From Bacteroidota bacterium (GTDB lineage: Bacteria > Bacteroidota > Bacteroidia > NS11-12g > UBA9320), in NCBI GenBank assembly GCA_947468275.1, contig CANIKO010000003.1, positions 157,193 to 221,192 on the forward strand: a DNA stretch of 64,000 nucleotides. The letters are read 5' to 3'. A program made the translations under genes and the position numbers. The notes under the pieces were generated by a model. It was not told where the DNA came from, did not search any database, and was given only the letters and a program-made list of their open reading frames with translations. Of the stretch, positions 1 to 11,000 are shown one piece after another; within the stretch, counting starts at the first letter, position 1, and every line of letters begins with the position of its first letter.

Positions 1-3000
1 GGTCAAAAGCTAATATTTTCAATAATTTTATTGCTTTGAATGGTTCAAATAACAGTGAACGGGGCCTAAATATCAACAATTCGAGTCATGTGAACATTTA
101 CCATAACAGTATTAATCTTTATGGCTCAAATTCGTCATCCTATGCACTATACATTCAATCAGGTGGTAGCAGTTATGATATAAGAAACAATGTTTTTGGC
201 AATATGGGAGGCGGTTATGCAATTGGTTATTCTGGAAGTCCAAGCATTTCACAATCAAATTACAACGATTTATATACCAGCGGAACTAATATCGGTAATT
301 ATAACGGAACAAATCAAACTAACCTTGCAGCATGGAAATCAGCCTCTGGAAAAGATGCAAATTCAGTGTCATTAAATCCAACGTTTAACTCTGACTATGA
401 TTTACATACAAATTTATCATCACTCGATAGTGCCTGTACTCCAATTGCATTAGTTACAGATGATATTGATTTTGAAACCAGAAATACATATAAAGCCGAT
501 ATTGGTGCAGATGAGTTCCAAAGTCTGCCTGAAAATCTGGGTATTTCAGCTATTCTTTACCCTGTAAACAGTTGTGGTTTAGATTCAAGCGCTATTAAAA
601 TAAAAGTATTTAACTACGGTAATAAACCACAGGTTAATTACCTCGTCCGTTACAGGATTGATGGAGGTTCAATAAAGAGTGCTACACTTACTGATACTTT
701 AAAACCCGGAAAAGAGTTTGACTATCAATTTTCTGCAAAAGTTCCTTTATCATTAAATACAACATATAAATTGTTGGCCTGGACCGATTTAGCAGCAGAA
801 AAATTCAGAGCGAATGATAGTTTACGATTAACATTTACAAATTATCAGAAACCAGATTCCATTAAAAATATGGTTCCTTCTAATGGAAGTACAGGAATTG
901 ACTTCCCGTTCACCCTATCATGGGCCCCATCATCTGGAGCCACTCGGTATGACTTGTATGTATGGCCATACGCGTCTTCAAGGCCGGGCACTCCCACACT
1001 ATCTAACTCTACACAAATCAGCTATCAGATTACAAGTGGTCTAACATATGGCGATAAATACAACTGGCAAGTTGAAGCCAGAAATCCGATATGTTCAACT
1101 TTTGGAAAGGTACAAACCTTTACAATGCGGCATTTGCCTGATTTAATAATGGAGGAAGTAAATGCGCCCAATACCGCCTTCTCATCCAATTCCATAAGTG
1201 TAAGTTGGAAAGTTAAAAATACAGGACAAGGATCAGCATCTGGCAGCTGGTACGATGCACTTTACTTATCCAGTGATAAAGTACTCGATGTAACGGATTT
1301 GTATTTAGGAGCATTCCTGAACCCATCAGCACTGAATGCATCACAGAACTATACCTCATCGGCCAATGTTATGCTTCCTGATGGAATTAGTGGAAATTAC
1401 TATATTTTCATCAGAACCGACCAGTATAGTTCAGTTAGCGAAACAGACAATAATAATAACTCCGCAAATGATACAGGTAAAATGGTGGTTAGTTTAACAC
1501 CTCCTCCTGATCTTGTAGTGACGAATGTAACACGTCCAAGTACCGCATTTTCAGGTTCAACCGCCAATCTTAACTTTACTGTTAAAAATAGTGGAACTGG
1601 GGCAACCCGCTCAGGTGGTTGGACCGATAAGATTTATTTATCAACGGAAAAGGTATTAAATGGTACATCCTACCTTTTAGGATCCAAATACCATAGTGGA
1701 AATCTGAATGTTGACAGTACTTATGGAGTAAGTGCTTCCGTTACAATACCTAATTTTATCTCCGGTAAATATTTCTTTGTTGTCTATACCGATAATAATA
1801 ATAATGAATATGAACATGCATCGGAATCAAATAATACCAAAGGAAGTGATACTATAAAAGTTATCCTAACCCCACCACCAGATTTGATCGTCAAAAATCT
1901 GATTGCAACAGACACTGCCAGTAATTCAGAAAATATCCTGATAAAATATACAGTTATCAATGATGGAGGAACCGCAACTGGAGGAGGATTTTATGATGGA
2001 GTTTTCATTAGCCCAACTTCAACCTTTAATCCTTTGACTGCCACATTACTAAATTATGTATCGCATGCTTCAATTGCTAGTAAAGATAGCAGCAGGGTAT
2101 CTCAGTATTTTACAATTCCAAAGACTATGAATGGTCCTTTCTACTTATTTGCTTATGCTGATTACTATACCTATATCAATGAAGTAAGCAATGAAGGTAA
2201 CAATAATTCCGCAGCACATAAAATAACAATAAAAAGTCCTGACTTAAGAGTAATTCGTGTTGTTGTCTCATCAACCGATACAACGGGAAGCATGACACCC
2301 ATAATCTGGACTGTGAAAAATTTCGGTCCGGGGAATGATTATCAAGGGCTAAGAATTGACAGTATTTACATCTCAAAATTTGCAACATGGAATAGAAATA
2401 ATTCAACACAGGTTGGAAGCTACAGATATTCAGCTACTATATTGAAAAACGATTCACTCCTTCGTTCAACGAATGTTACTATTCCGGACGGATTCGATGG
2501 AAACCGATATTTCTTTGTTGTGGCAGATGCGTCCAAAGAAGTATTTGAAACAAAAGATACAAATAATTATAAGCGCAGCAATCTAATGAATGTAATATTA
2601 GCTCCTTATCCAGACCTTAAACCTAAATTTACATCCTTCCCTGATTCAGCTAAAGCAGGTGCATTAATTGGTTTAGGTTATGAAGTAAAAAACCAGGGCA
2701 AATCAAAAGCAAATCCAATCTGGAAGGACCGATACTATTTCTCAAAAGATTCTGTATTTAACTTAACGAAAGTTACTGGTATTGGGGAAAATGCTAGAAC
2801 TACGGCTTTGGATACCCAGGCCTTGTACAGTAAAACAGCATACATGACTTTGCCGGCTTCGATGGCAAAGGGTAATTATTATTACTTCCTATTTACTGAT
2901 GCGGATAAGACTGTTTACGAACATTTTAATGATTCAAATAATATTATCAGAACAAAGAAAATATTTATAGATGGTTACCCACCGGTGGATTTAAAAGTAA

Positions 3001-5063
3001 ATTGTCCTGCAGTAAAAGATACAATGGGCTCCGGAAGTTCATATACCCTGACTTACTCAGTTAAAAATATCGGTCAGGCCAAGACCGCAATAGGTTCGTG
3101 GAATGATGCTGTATATCTATCAACAGATTCAATTCTGAATACGGGAGATGTTTTAGTTGCAACAATCCCTATCAGCAAGGCTTTGGATAAAGACAGCACC
3201 TATTATATTTCAAAATCAATTACCATTCCTGACGGATTGGACGGAAACTATTATATGCTGGTAAAAGTAGATATAGGCCGTTTGATTAAAGATATTGATA
3301 CAACAAACAATAATAAGGCTGTTTGTAAATCTACAGGAGGTGCTAAAAAATTAAGAATTAATTTAACACCTCCTCCTGATCTTCGAATTACATCTTGGGA
3401 TATTCCATCGACGGGAACATCCGGCCAACCAATGAAAATTAAATGGAAAGTGGAGAATAAGGGAAGCGGATCAACGCGTTCCGGCGCCTGGAAGGATCAA
3501 TTCTTCTTATCGACTGACTATTTAATTGATAATTCGGATTATTTCTTAGGCGAAAAGACCCACACAGGTAACATTGCCGTTAATGCCGATTACAATGATT
3601 CAGGTAACTTTTCTATACCACTAAGTTCAGTGGGAAATTATATTATCATTATAAAAACAGACGGAGCCAATGTAGAATATGAATATACAAATGAAGGAAA
3701 CAATGTGGTTTCATCTTTAACTAGTTTGAGTAAAGCCCCACCTGCCGATCTGATAGTTTCCCAGGTTACAAGTCCGGATAGTGTTATTAGTGGAAAGAGC
3801 ATTAACATGATTTGGAAAGTTAAAAACAAAGGAAGTAATCCTGCGAGTGGCACGATGACGGATAACGTTTACCTTTCAGCCGACACCAAACAGGATGCCT
3901 CCGACTTATTGCTCAAATCGGAATCTTATTATTTCTCATTGGCACCTGGAGTTGAAACCTCTCACAGCAAAACACTTCTAGTTAGCGGTGTGAGCATTGG
4001 TAATTATTATGTACTTGTTTCTACAGATGTATTGAACAATATCAATGAAAGCAATGATACAAATAATACAAATACTGCCGCTAACCTTCTAAATGTCAAT
4101 GTTCCAATCCTGCCTTTGGCAGTTAAAACAAAAGATACACTTACAAACGGGGAGAAAATATATTACAGAATTGAAATTCCTTCAAGTTTGATAGGAGAAT
4201 CGTTACTGATAACTTTAAAAGCCGATTCAGTAAAAGGGAATAACGAAATTTTTGTAAGACATGGTTCCATGGTAAGTGGTTCAGAGTTCGATTACAAATA
4301 CCGCGAACCATTCAAAGGCAACCAGGAGATAATAATCCCTGAATTAAAAGAAGGTACATATTACCTTTTAACCGCTGGACAAAAAACGGGTCCACCAACC
4401 TGGCAGCCGATAATTTTATTTGCCCGTATAATGCCTTTCGAAATAAGGAAGGTTACCCCATCAGTCGGAGGTAATACAGGACAAGTTACTGTCTTAGTTG
4501 AAGGTTCAAAATTAGATGTTGGTATGACTTTTTCTCTTTCAAGAAATGGTGCAGGCTATCCGGTTTCAGTCGGAGACACAATGGCAAATTACAATTATAG
4601 AAGTATTAGTCCAACAAGTATTATTAGCATTGATCCTACTGAAGTTTATGTTACATTTAAACTTACAGGTTATGATACAGGATATTATGATGTTAACGGT
4701 ATAAAGTCTTTTGAAAGAACAACACTTAAAAAGGGCTTTAAAGTTGTACCCGGCAACGAAGGCGATTTGAATATCAGTGTGTCCCGTCCGGGTAATATGA
4801 GAACCAATAATATTACATCCATGAAAGTTCTGTTTAATAATAATGGCAATGTAGATATTATTGATAAAAAGATAATCATAAGCAGTGAAGGAGGTGCTCC
4901 AATATCACTTACACAGGAAGGACTGAGCAAAGGATTAACCAGTCTGGAAATAGTGGTACAAGAAAGCGGAGGTCCTTCAGGCCGGCTAAGGCCCGGCGGA
5001 AATGGTTCGGTCGATGTTTATACAAAAGCTTCAAATGCACTAGGATTCACCATAATTAAATAA
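1..5063 (+). CDS. Giant secreted cell-surface protein, 5' partial. The frame is open to position 1; the first in-frame Met is at 36. It has an N-terminal parallel beta-helix-like Asn/Gly/Ser-rich region, about 10 CARDB-like repeats, then a pre-peptidase C-terminal (PPC)-like domain. No recognisable T9SS CTD at its end.
   Basis: Frame 3 has no stop from nt 3 to 5063. The periodic motif '(L)TPPPDL(V/I)V' plus 'NxG...A..S...W.D.(V/I)YLS(T/D)' recurs about every 100-120 aa, which is the CARDB signature. 'GEKIYYRIEIP...LKEGTYYLL' is PPC-like. Confidence 0.7.
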   Translation, partial: SKANIFNNFIALNGSNNSERGLNINNSSHVNIYHNSINLYGSNSSSYALYIQSGGSSYDIRNNVFGNMGGGYAIGYSGSPSISQSNYNDLYTSGTNIGNYNGTNQTNLAAWKSASGKDANSVSLNPTFNSDYDLHTNLSSLDSACTPIALVTDDIDFETRNTYKADIGADEFQSLPENLGISAILYPVNSCGLDSSAIKIKVFNYGNKPQVNYLVRYRIDGGSIKSATLTDTLKPGKEFDYQFSAKVPLSLNTTYKLLAWTDLAAEKFRANDSLRLTFTNYQKPDSIKNMVPSNGSTGIDFPFTLSWAPSSGATRYDLYVWPYASSRPGTPTLSNSTQISYQITSGLTYGDKYNWQVEARNPICSTFGKVQTFTMRHLPDLIMEEVNAPNTAFSSNSISVSWKVKNTGQGSASGSWYDALYLSSDKVLDVTDLYLGAFLNPSALNASQNYTSSANVMLPDGISGNYYIFIRTDQYSSVSETDNNNNSANDTGKMVVSLTPPPDLVVTNVTRPSTAFSGSTANLNFTVKNSGTGATRSGGWTDKIYLSTEKVLNGTSYLLGSKYHSGNLNVDSTYGVSASVTIPNFISGKYFFVVYTDNNNNEYEHASESNNTKGSDTIKVILTPPPDLIVKNLIATDTASNSENILIKYTVINDGGTATGGGFYDGVFISPTSTFNPLTATLLNYVSHASIASKDSSRVSQYFTIPKTMNGPFYLFAYADYYTYINEVSNEGNNNSAAHKITIKSPDLRVIRVVVSSTDTTGSMTPIIWTVKNFGPGNDYQGLRIDSIYISKFATWNRNNSTQVGSYRYSATILKNDSLLRSTNVTIPDGFDGNRYFFVVADASKEVFETKDTNNYKRSNLMNVILAPYPDLKPKFTSFPDSAKAGALIGLGYEVKNQGKSKANPIWKDRYYFSKDSVFNLTKVTGIGENARTTALDTQALYSKTAYMTLPASMAKGNYYYFLFTDADKTVYEHFNDSNNIIRTKKIFIDGYPPVDLKVNCPAVKDTMGSGSSYTLTYSVKNIGQAKTAIGSWNDAVYLSTDSILNTGDVLVATIPISKALDKDSTYYISKSITIPDGLDGNYYMLVKVDIGRLIKDIDTTNNNKAVCKSTGGAKKLRINLTPPPDLRITSWDIPSTGTSGQPMKIKWKVENKGSGSTRSGAWKDQFFLSTDYLIDNSDYFLGEKTHTGNIAVNADYNDSGNFSIPLSSVGNYIIIIKTDGANVEYEYTNEGNNVVSSLTSLSKAPPADLIVSQVTSPDSVISGKSINMIWKVKNKGSNPASGTMTDNVYLSADTKQDASDLLLKSESYYFSLAPGVETSHSKTLLVSGVSIGNYYVLVSTDVLNNINESNDTNNTNTAANLLNVNVPILPLAVKTKDTLTNGEKIYYRIEIPSSLIGESLLITLKADSVKGNNEIFVRHGSMVSGSEFDYKYREPFKGNQEIIIPELKEGTYYLLTAGQKTGPPTWQPIILFARIMPFEIRKVTPSVGGNTGQVTVLVEGSKLDVGMTFSLSRNGAGYPVSVGDTMANYNYRSISPTSIISIDPTEVYVTFKLTGYDTGYYDVNGIKSFERTTLKKGFKVVPGNEGDLNISVSRPGNMRTNNITSMKVLFNNNGNVDIIDKKIIISSEGGAPISLTQEGLSKGLTSLEIVVQESGGPSGRLRPGGNGSVDVYTKASNALGFTIIK

Positions 5064-5069
5064 AAACTC

Positions 5070-8000
5070 ATGAAAAAGATAATAAATACAGGGAAAATAT
5101 TTACACTGGTATTTGGGTTTTTTGCATCTAATGTGTATGCCCAAACAGGTAATGTTCAGACATTAGAAAAGGAGTATAATAACTTAGGTCAGTTATTTTA
5201 TTTGGAACCCCACCCTTCTTGGAATAAAACTACCTTAAATGAAATGCCTAATGTATTGGGTGAAATTTATGGTATATCAAAAAATTTCACTTTTAAAGTA
5301 AAAAGTGAGGATATAAAGGAGAAATTCACCTTAACAAAAGTGGATCAAATAATTGGAAATTTTCCAGTAGTCGGAGGCGATATGATTTTTAAAAGGGATA
5401 AATCAGGAAGTATTATTTGTATTATTGGAATTCCTCGCGACCCGGCTGAAGTTGCTGTTCCGGCAAAGACCAAAGAAGAAGCCTTAAAATTTGCTCTTGA
5501 GTCAGTAGATCGAACTGAAAAAGACTATTTTTTCGGTGATGAAGGTAGAGTGCAGCCCCAAATTGATTTAAAATATGCTTCGATAAAGGGAATCAACACA
5601 AACAAAGTGACCCTTTGTTATGAAGTTAAAATCTCCACACTACAACCTGAATACTGGTTTGTATATATAAATGCCGTTAGCGGTCAAGTTGAATACAAGT
5701 ATAATGGGTTGCAACATGCAGATGGGAGGGGTACAACCATACATTCCGGGCAAAAAAATATCAATACAAAAAAAATAACCGGCGGATATAGTTTAGAGGA
5801 TACTGTTAGAAAAATTAGAACATTTAATTACAGAAATGTTACTCAAGGTGATGTTACAGCTACTTATGTTCCTATAGGTGGAGGAATAGTTACAGACCCT
5901 GACAACAATTTTGATTCTACCGAACAAAAGTATTGTATTGACATCCATTGGGGAATGGCAGTAGTTTATGATTATTACCTAAATACCCTCGGGCGAAAGT
6001 CTTATGATGGTAATGGTGGAGCGCTAAAAATGAACGTAAGATGGAATAAGGATTATAATAATGCATTTTTTAGTCCGGCTACGAATCAAATGTATTTTGG
6101 AAAACAAGATGGAGTTAGAGGTTCAGATAATATTTCACTGGATGTGGTTGGTCATGAGTTTTCGCATTCATTAATTAATGCAACCGCAAATCTTACCTAC
6201 CGGGGCGAATCCGGTGCACTTAATGAATCATTCGCCGATATTTTCGGACACTGTGCTTCCGCATCAGGTAAGGCAGCTAATTGGGAATTATTTGAAGAAA
6301 CTTTTACTCCCTCACCCGGTCCTGCTGGAGATGCTGAAAGAAATATGGATAATCCAAATAAATCAGGTAATACCGGCCAAAGTGCTCCCTACGACTTTTC
6401 ATGGTTGCATTGCCCTGATACCTACAAGGGAACATATTGGAAAACCACAACTGATGCCTATGATGAAGGTGGGGTTCATTTTAACTCCGGAGTACAAAAT
6501 TATTGGTTTTATCTTATAACAGATGGTGGAAGCGGTACGAATGATGCACCTTTGAATCATGCTTTTGATGTTAAACAAATCGGGCAAACCAAGAGTGAAC
6601 AAATCGCTTATCTGGCACTTACTGGTTATCTGACAGCTTCTTCTGATTTTATTGCAAGTCGCAAGGCAACTCTTTTAGCTGCCGCGGATTTACATGGTAA
6701 AAATTCATTTGAATATAAGCAGGTTTGTGAAGCCTGGTATGCTGTAGGTGTGGGTGAGAAATGTTGCAAAGGCGATGATAGTTTAATGTTTACTTTTGAT
6801 ATAAAAGATACAAAATGTATTGATTCAAGAGAAGGCGAAATTAAACTTACGGTAAAGAATAGATTAGGTAACTCAATAACAAAATGTGAATACTATTGGC
6901 ACAAAGGAGATACAACTGCCTCCATCTTAGCAAGAAGTAAGGATATTTCTAATCTTGACACCGGAAGATACATTATAAGGGTTAAAGATACTGTAAACCA
7001 TTGTGAAGCTATAGACAAAGCAAAGGTGAATGGACCGGAAAAAGTTAGAGTGACAGTTTCGGGAGGCGGTTTGGTAATTGGAGCTTGTCAAAGAAGTTTT
7101 ACAATTACTTTAACAGCATCTGCAAGTGGCGGTACCCCTCCATATACATATAATTGGCCAAATGCCATTCAACAAGTAGTATGTTCCGGATCCAGCAGTT
7201 TTTATCGTTCTTTCACAGCAATTGCAACTGATAAAAACGGGTGTCAGGGACAGATTAATGCCTGGGTAATGTATGTCCCGATTGTTTGTTCCTATGACCC
7301 TAATGAAATTATCGGGCCGCCGAGTTATAGCGACAGCAAGTGGGTATCAATCAACGCAACGTTGCCTTATAAAATTCGTTTTGAAAATGACCCGAAGTTT
7401 GCCACAGGCCCGGCTCAAAAGGTAACTATTAACCACAAACTCGATTCAAATACTGACCTTACCTCGTTCAGGTTATCAAGTTTTGGATTTTATAAATACT
7501 CATTTGATGTACCTGACAATAGTACTACTTACAGTAAACGTCTGGATTTAAGAGATTCCTTTGGAATATTTTTGGATGTTACTGCCGGATTAGACCAAAG
7601 CAGTAGGGAGGCCTTCTGGATATTTGAAAGCATTGATCCTTCTACCGGATTGCCACCGGCAAGCGGTACAAAAGGTTTTCTGGGTATTAATGATACAATG
7701 ACACATAAGGGTGAGGGTTTCGTTAATTATACAATAAAAGCGAGAACAACAGCAAAAACTGGTGACAGCATTCGAGCAAAAGCCATCATTGTTTTTGATG
7801 ACAATCCTGCTGTACCTACACCCAGGATATTTAACCTGATCGATGCAAAAGCACCAAGCAGTTATATAAAAAGCGTTGCCAGTATCATTGATTCTACAAT
7901 AGTACCTATGATATTGAGAGGAAATGACGATACAGGTGGCTCAGGTATGAATAATTTTGATGTGTATGTTTCGGAAAACGGAGGGGCTTATAATTTGTTT

Positions 8001-11000
8001 GCTAAGGCAATTTCCGATACCTTTATCAATTTTAGAGGAAATTATGGCTCAAGCTATTCCGCTTTCTCTATTGCTTTTGACAATGTTGATAACCGTGAAA
8101 ATACTAAAACTACTCCTGATATTAATTTTAGCATTGCTTCTAAAGATTTTTTTAAACCATTTCCTACAGGCACAAGTCTTTGCACAGGTGATACCTTAAA
8201 AATTCGTTGGTTACGCTCTTTTATTAGTTCGGTAAATCTTAAGTATTCGGCCGATTCAGGCAAAACATTCACAACTTTCGCAACTGGTCTGGCCGGAACA
8301 GATACCTTATACCGCTGGAAAATACCCGGAAATATAACCGGTATTAAGAAATATATAATTTTAGCGGTTAACGCCAATAACTCATCTATAATGGATACTT
8401 CTGACTTCTTCCAATTGAAGCAGGGCCCGGTAATTACTTTAGGAACAGATACTGCTTTTTGTACAGGAACTACCTTTAGTCTGGTATTAAATCCTGGAAG
8501 CGGCTACAGCTCCTACAAATGGTCAGATAGTGCTACAACTTCAACAAAAACTGTATCGGTATATGGTACATATTGGGTAAAAGTTACAGCTACCACGGGA
8601 TGTAAAGCTACTGATGAAATTATAATCTCTAAAAACCTATTGCCGCAAGTGTCCTCTATTACTATCACCCAGCCTCTGTGCTTTGGTAATAATGATGGTG
8701 CTATTGATATAGTTGTGGTAGCAGGTCATGCACCATATACCTATTTATGGAACAATTCAGCCACGACTCAGGATTTAATAAATATTGGCGCAGGAACATA
8801 TTCCGTAACCGTTAAGGATGCAAAGGGATGTGTAAATTCTGAGTCAGCAGGTGTTGGGCAACCTTCGAAACTTGCAAAATCACATGTCATCACAAATGTA
8901 AAATGTTTTGGAGGCAATGATGGAGCAATAAATGAAACTATTACTGGAGGAACTACTCCATATACCTATTCATGGAGTAATTCTAGTACAGCTGAAGATA
9001 TTAATTCTCTAACTGCAGCAACATATTATCTTACAGTAACCGACAAAAACAGTTGTTTAATTCGAGATACATCCAGTGTTACCCAGCCGGCAAAACTCTC
9101 TCAATCCTATAATCAAGTAAACATAAAATGTTATGGTAATTCCACAGGGTCGATAGATTTAACAGTAACCGGCGGAACAACAGGATATACTTATGCATGG
9201 ACAGCGACAAGCGGTGGCGTGGTTCCATCGGGACAGTCCACTAATCAGGATTTGACAGGATTGGTGTCCGGTGTTTATAATGTAACTGTAACAGATGCCA
9301 ATAGTTGTACCACAACTAATAGTGCTACCATTACTCAACCATCGGCGGCATTAGCGAGCAGCAAAACACAGGTGGATGTAAAATGTTATGGTAATTCCAC
9401 AGGGTCGATAGATTTAACAGTAACCGGCGGAACAACAGGATATACTTATGCATGGACAGCGACAAGCGGTGGCGTGGTTCCATCGGGACAGTCCACTAAT
9501 CAGGATTTGACAGGATTGGTAATAGGCACTTATCGAGTAACTGTGACTGATGCCAACGGATGTAGTTTAAAAGATAGTGTTAAAATAACAGAACCAACCA
9601 AGCTCGTTATTTCTAATATTGTTACCGATGTTAAATGTTTTGGTCAAAGTAATGGAGGTATAAATGTTACTATTTCAGGTGGCGTTAATTCATATAGTTT
9701 TATTTGGACAAATGGTAGAACTACTAAAGATTTAATTAATGTAGTTTCTGGTAATTATACCTTAACAGTAACTGATAAAAATGGTTGTACTATTCAAACT
9801 ACGGGCATGGTTAATCAACCCACATTGTTAGTTGCATCACATATAATAAACAAAGTGAAATGTTATAATGGTTCAAGTGGTGCTGTTGATTTAAGTATTT
9901 CAGGGGGATTAACTCCTTATGTATACAGTTGGAACAGCGGTGATATAACAGAAGATATTTCCCTAAAACCAACCGGGACTTATAAAGTCACAGTAACCGA
10001 TAAAAATTTATGTACTGTGTCTGACATCGCCTTTATTTCAGAACCAGCGGCTCCTGTATCATCTTCAATTATTCAGACTCCTGTAAATTGTTTTGGAGGT
10101 TCCGATGGTTTAGCTAATCTATCAGTGGTTGGAGGAACATCACCATATACTTTTATATGGTCTAATGGCAAAACAACTGAAGATATTTCAGGCCTTGTAT
10201 TAGGAACTTATTACGTAACTATTTTAGATTCTAATAATTGCCAATTAAAAGATACAATAGATGTTTTACAGCCTGCTGCACCTTTGTCAACTGGAATTAC
10301 TAAATTGGATGTAAAATGTTTTGGAGGCAATGATGGTTCAGCTAATTTAACTGTAAACGGTGGTACAATTCCTTATACTTATGTTTGGAGTAATTCAATT
10401 AACACAGAAGATATTTTAAATTTAATTTTAGGGAAATATATAGTACTGGTTACTGATAAAAACCTTTGTACTATAAAAGACTCAGTAACTATTTGGCAAC
10501 CGGCCTCACCATTATCTAGTGTAATTATTTCTTCGGCAGTTAATTGTTTTGGTGGTAATGACGGAGGATTAACCTTGACTGTTTCTGGAGGGACTTTAGG
10601 ATATAAGTATTCATGGTCAAACGGAGCAACTGCGAAAGATATTACTAATCTTGTAACCGGTAAATATAAAGTAACCGTTACTGATGGCAATAATTGTATA
10701 CTTAAGGATTCAGCTATTGTGGCTCAGCCAACAGCACCTCTTGCCGCTATCCATCTTGTATCAAATGCCAAGTGTAAAAATTTATCGAATGGCAGTATTA
10801 ATTTAACCGTTACAGGTGGAACTTCACCATATACTTTTGTTTGGAGTAATACTCAAACCACTGAAGATGCTATAAACCTAAAAGCCGGACATTATGTGGT
10901 AACTATTACCGACAAAAACGGCTGCACTCGCAATGATAGTGCCGATGTAAGCGAACCAGATAGTCTTAAAGTTTTTGCTGATGGTACAACCGCCACTTTT

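Noticed and set aside
190-375. Short ORFs predicted inside or antisense to large genes (for example 190..375, 2176..2409, 6178..6519, 8054..8377, 10379..10690, 17847..18077, 47054..47454, 30545..30906).
   Set aside because: They lie entirely within long ORFs that have strong domain evidence on the same or opposite strand. They are low-complexity shadow frames with no independent start context.
5064-5069. Possibility that ORF1 and ORF2 are one gene split by a sequencing error.
   Set aside because: ORF2 begins with a canonical signal peptide and a protease propeptide, which argues for an independent protein. Only the absence of a CTD on ORF1 remains odd (reported as a finding).
8640-11000. Highly periodic ~255-bp repeats that might superficially suggest a CRISPR or satellite array.
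   Set aside because: They are in-frame protein-coding SprB-type modules with divergent sequences (apart from the one identical pair). The period is about 255 bp, not 28-37-bp repeats with unique spacers. No cas genes are present.
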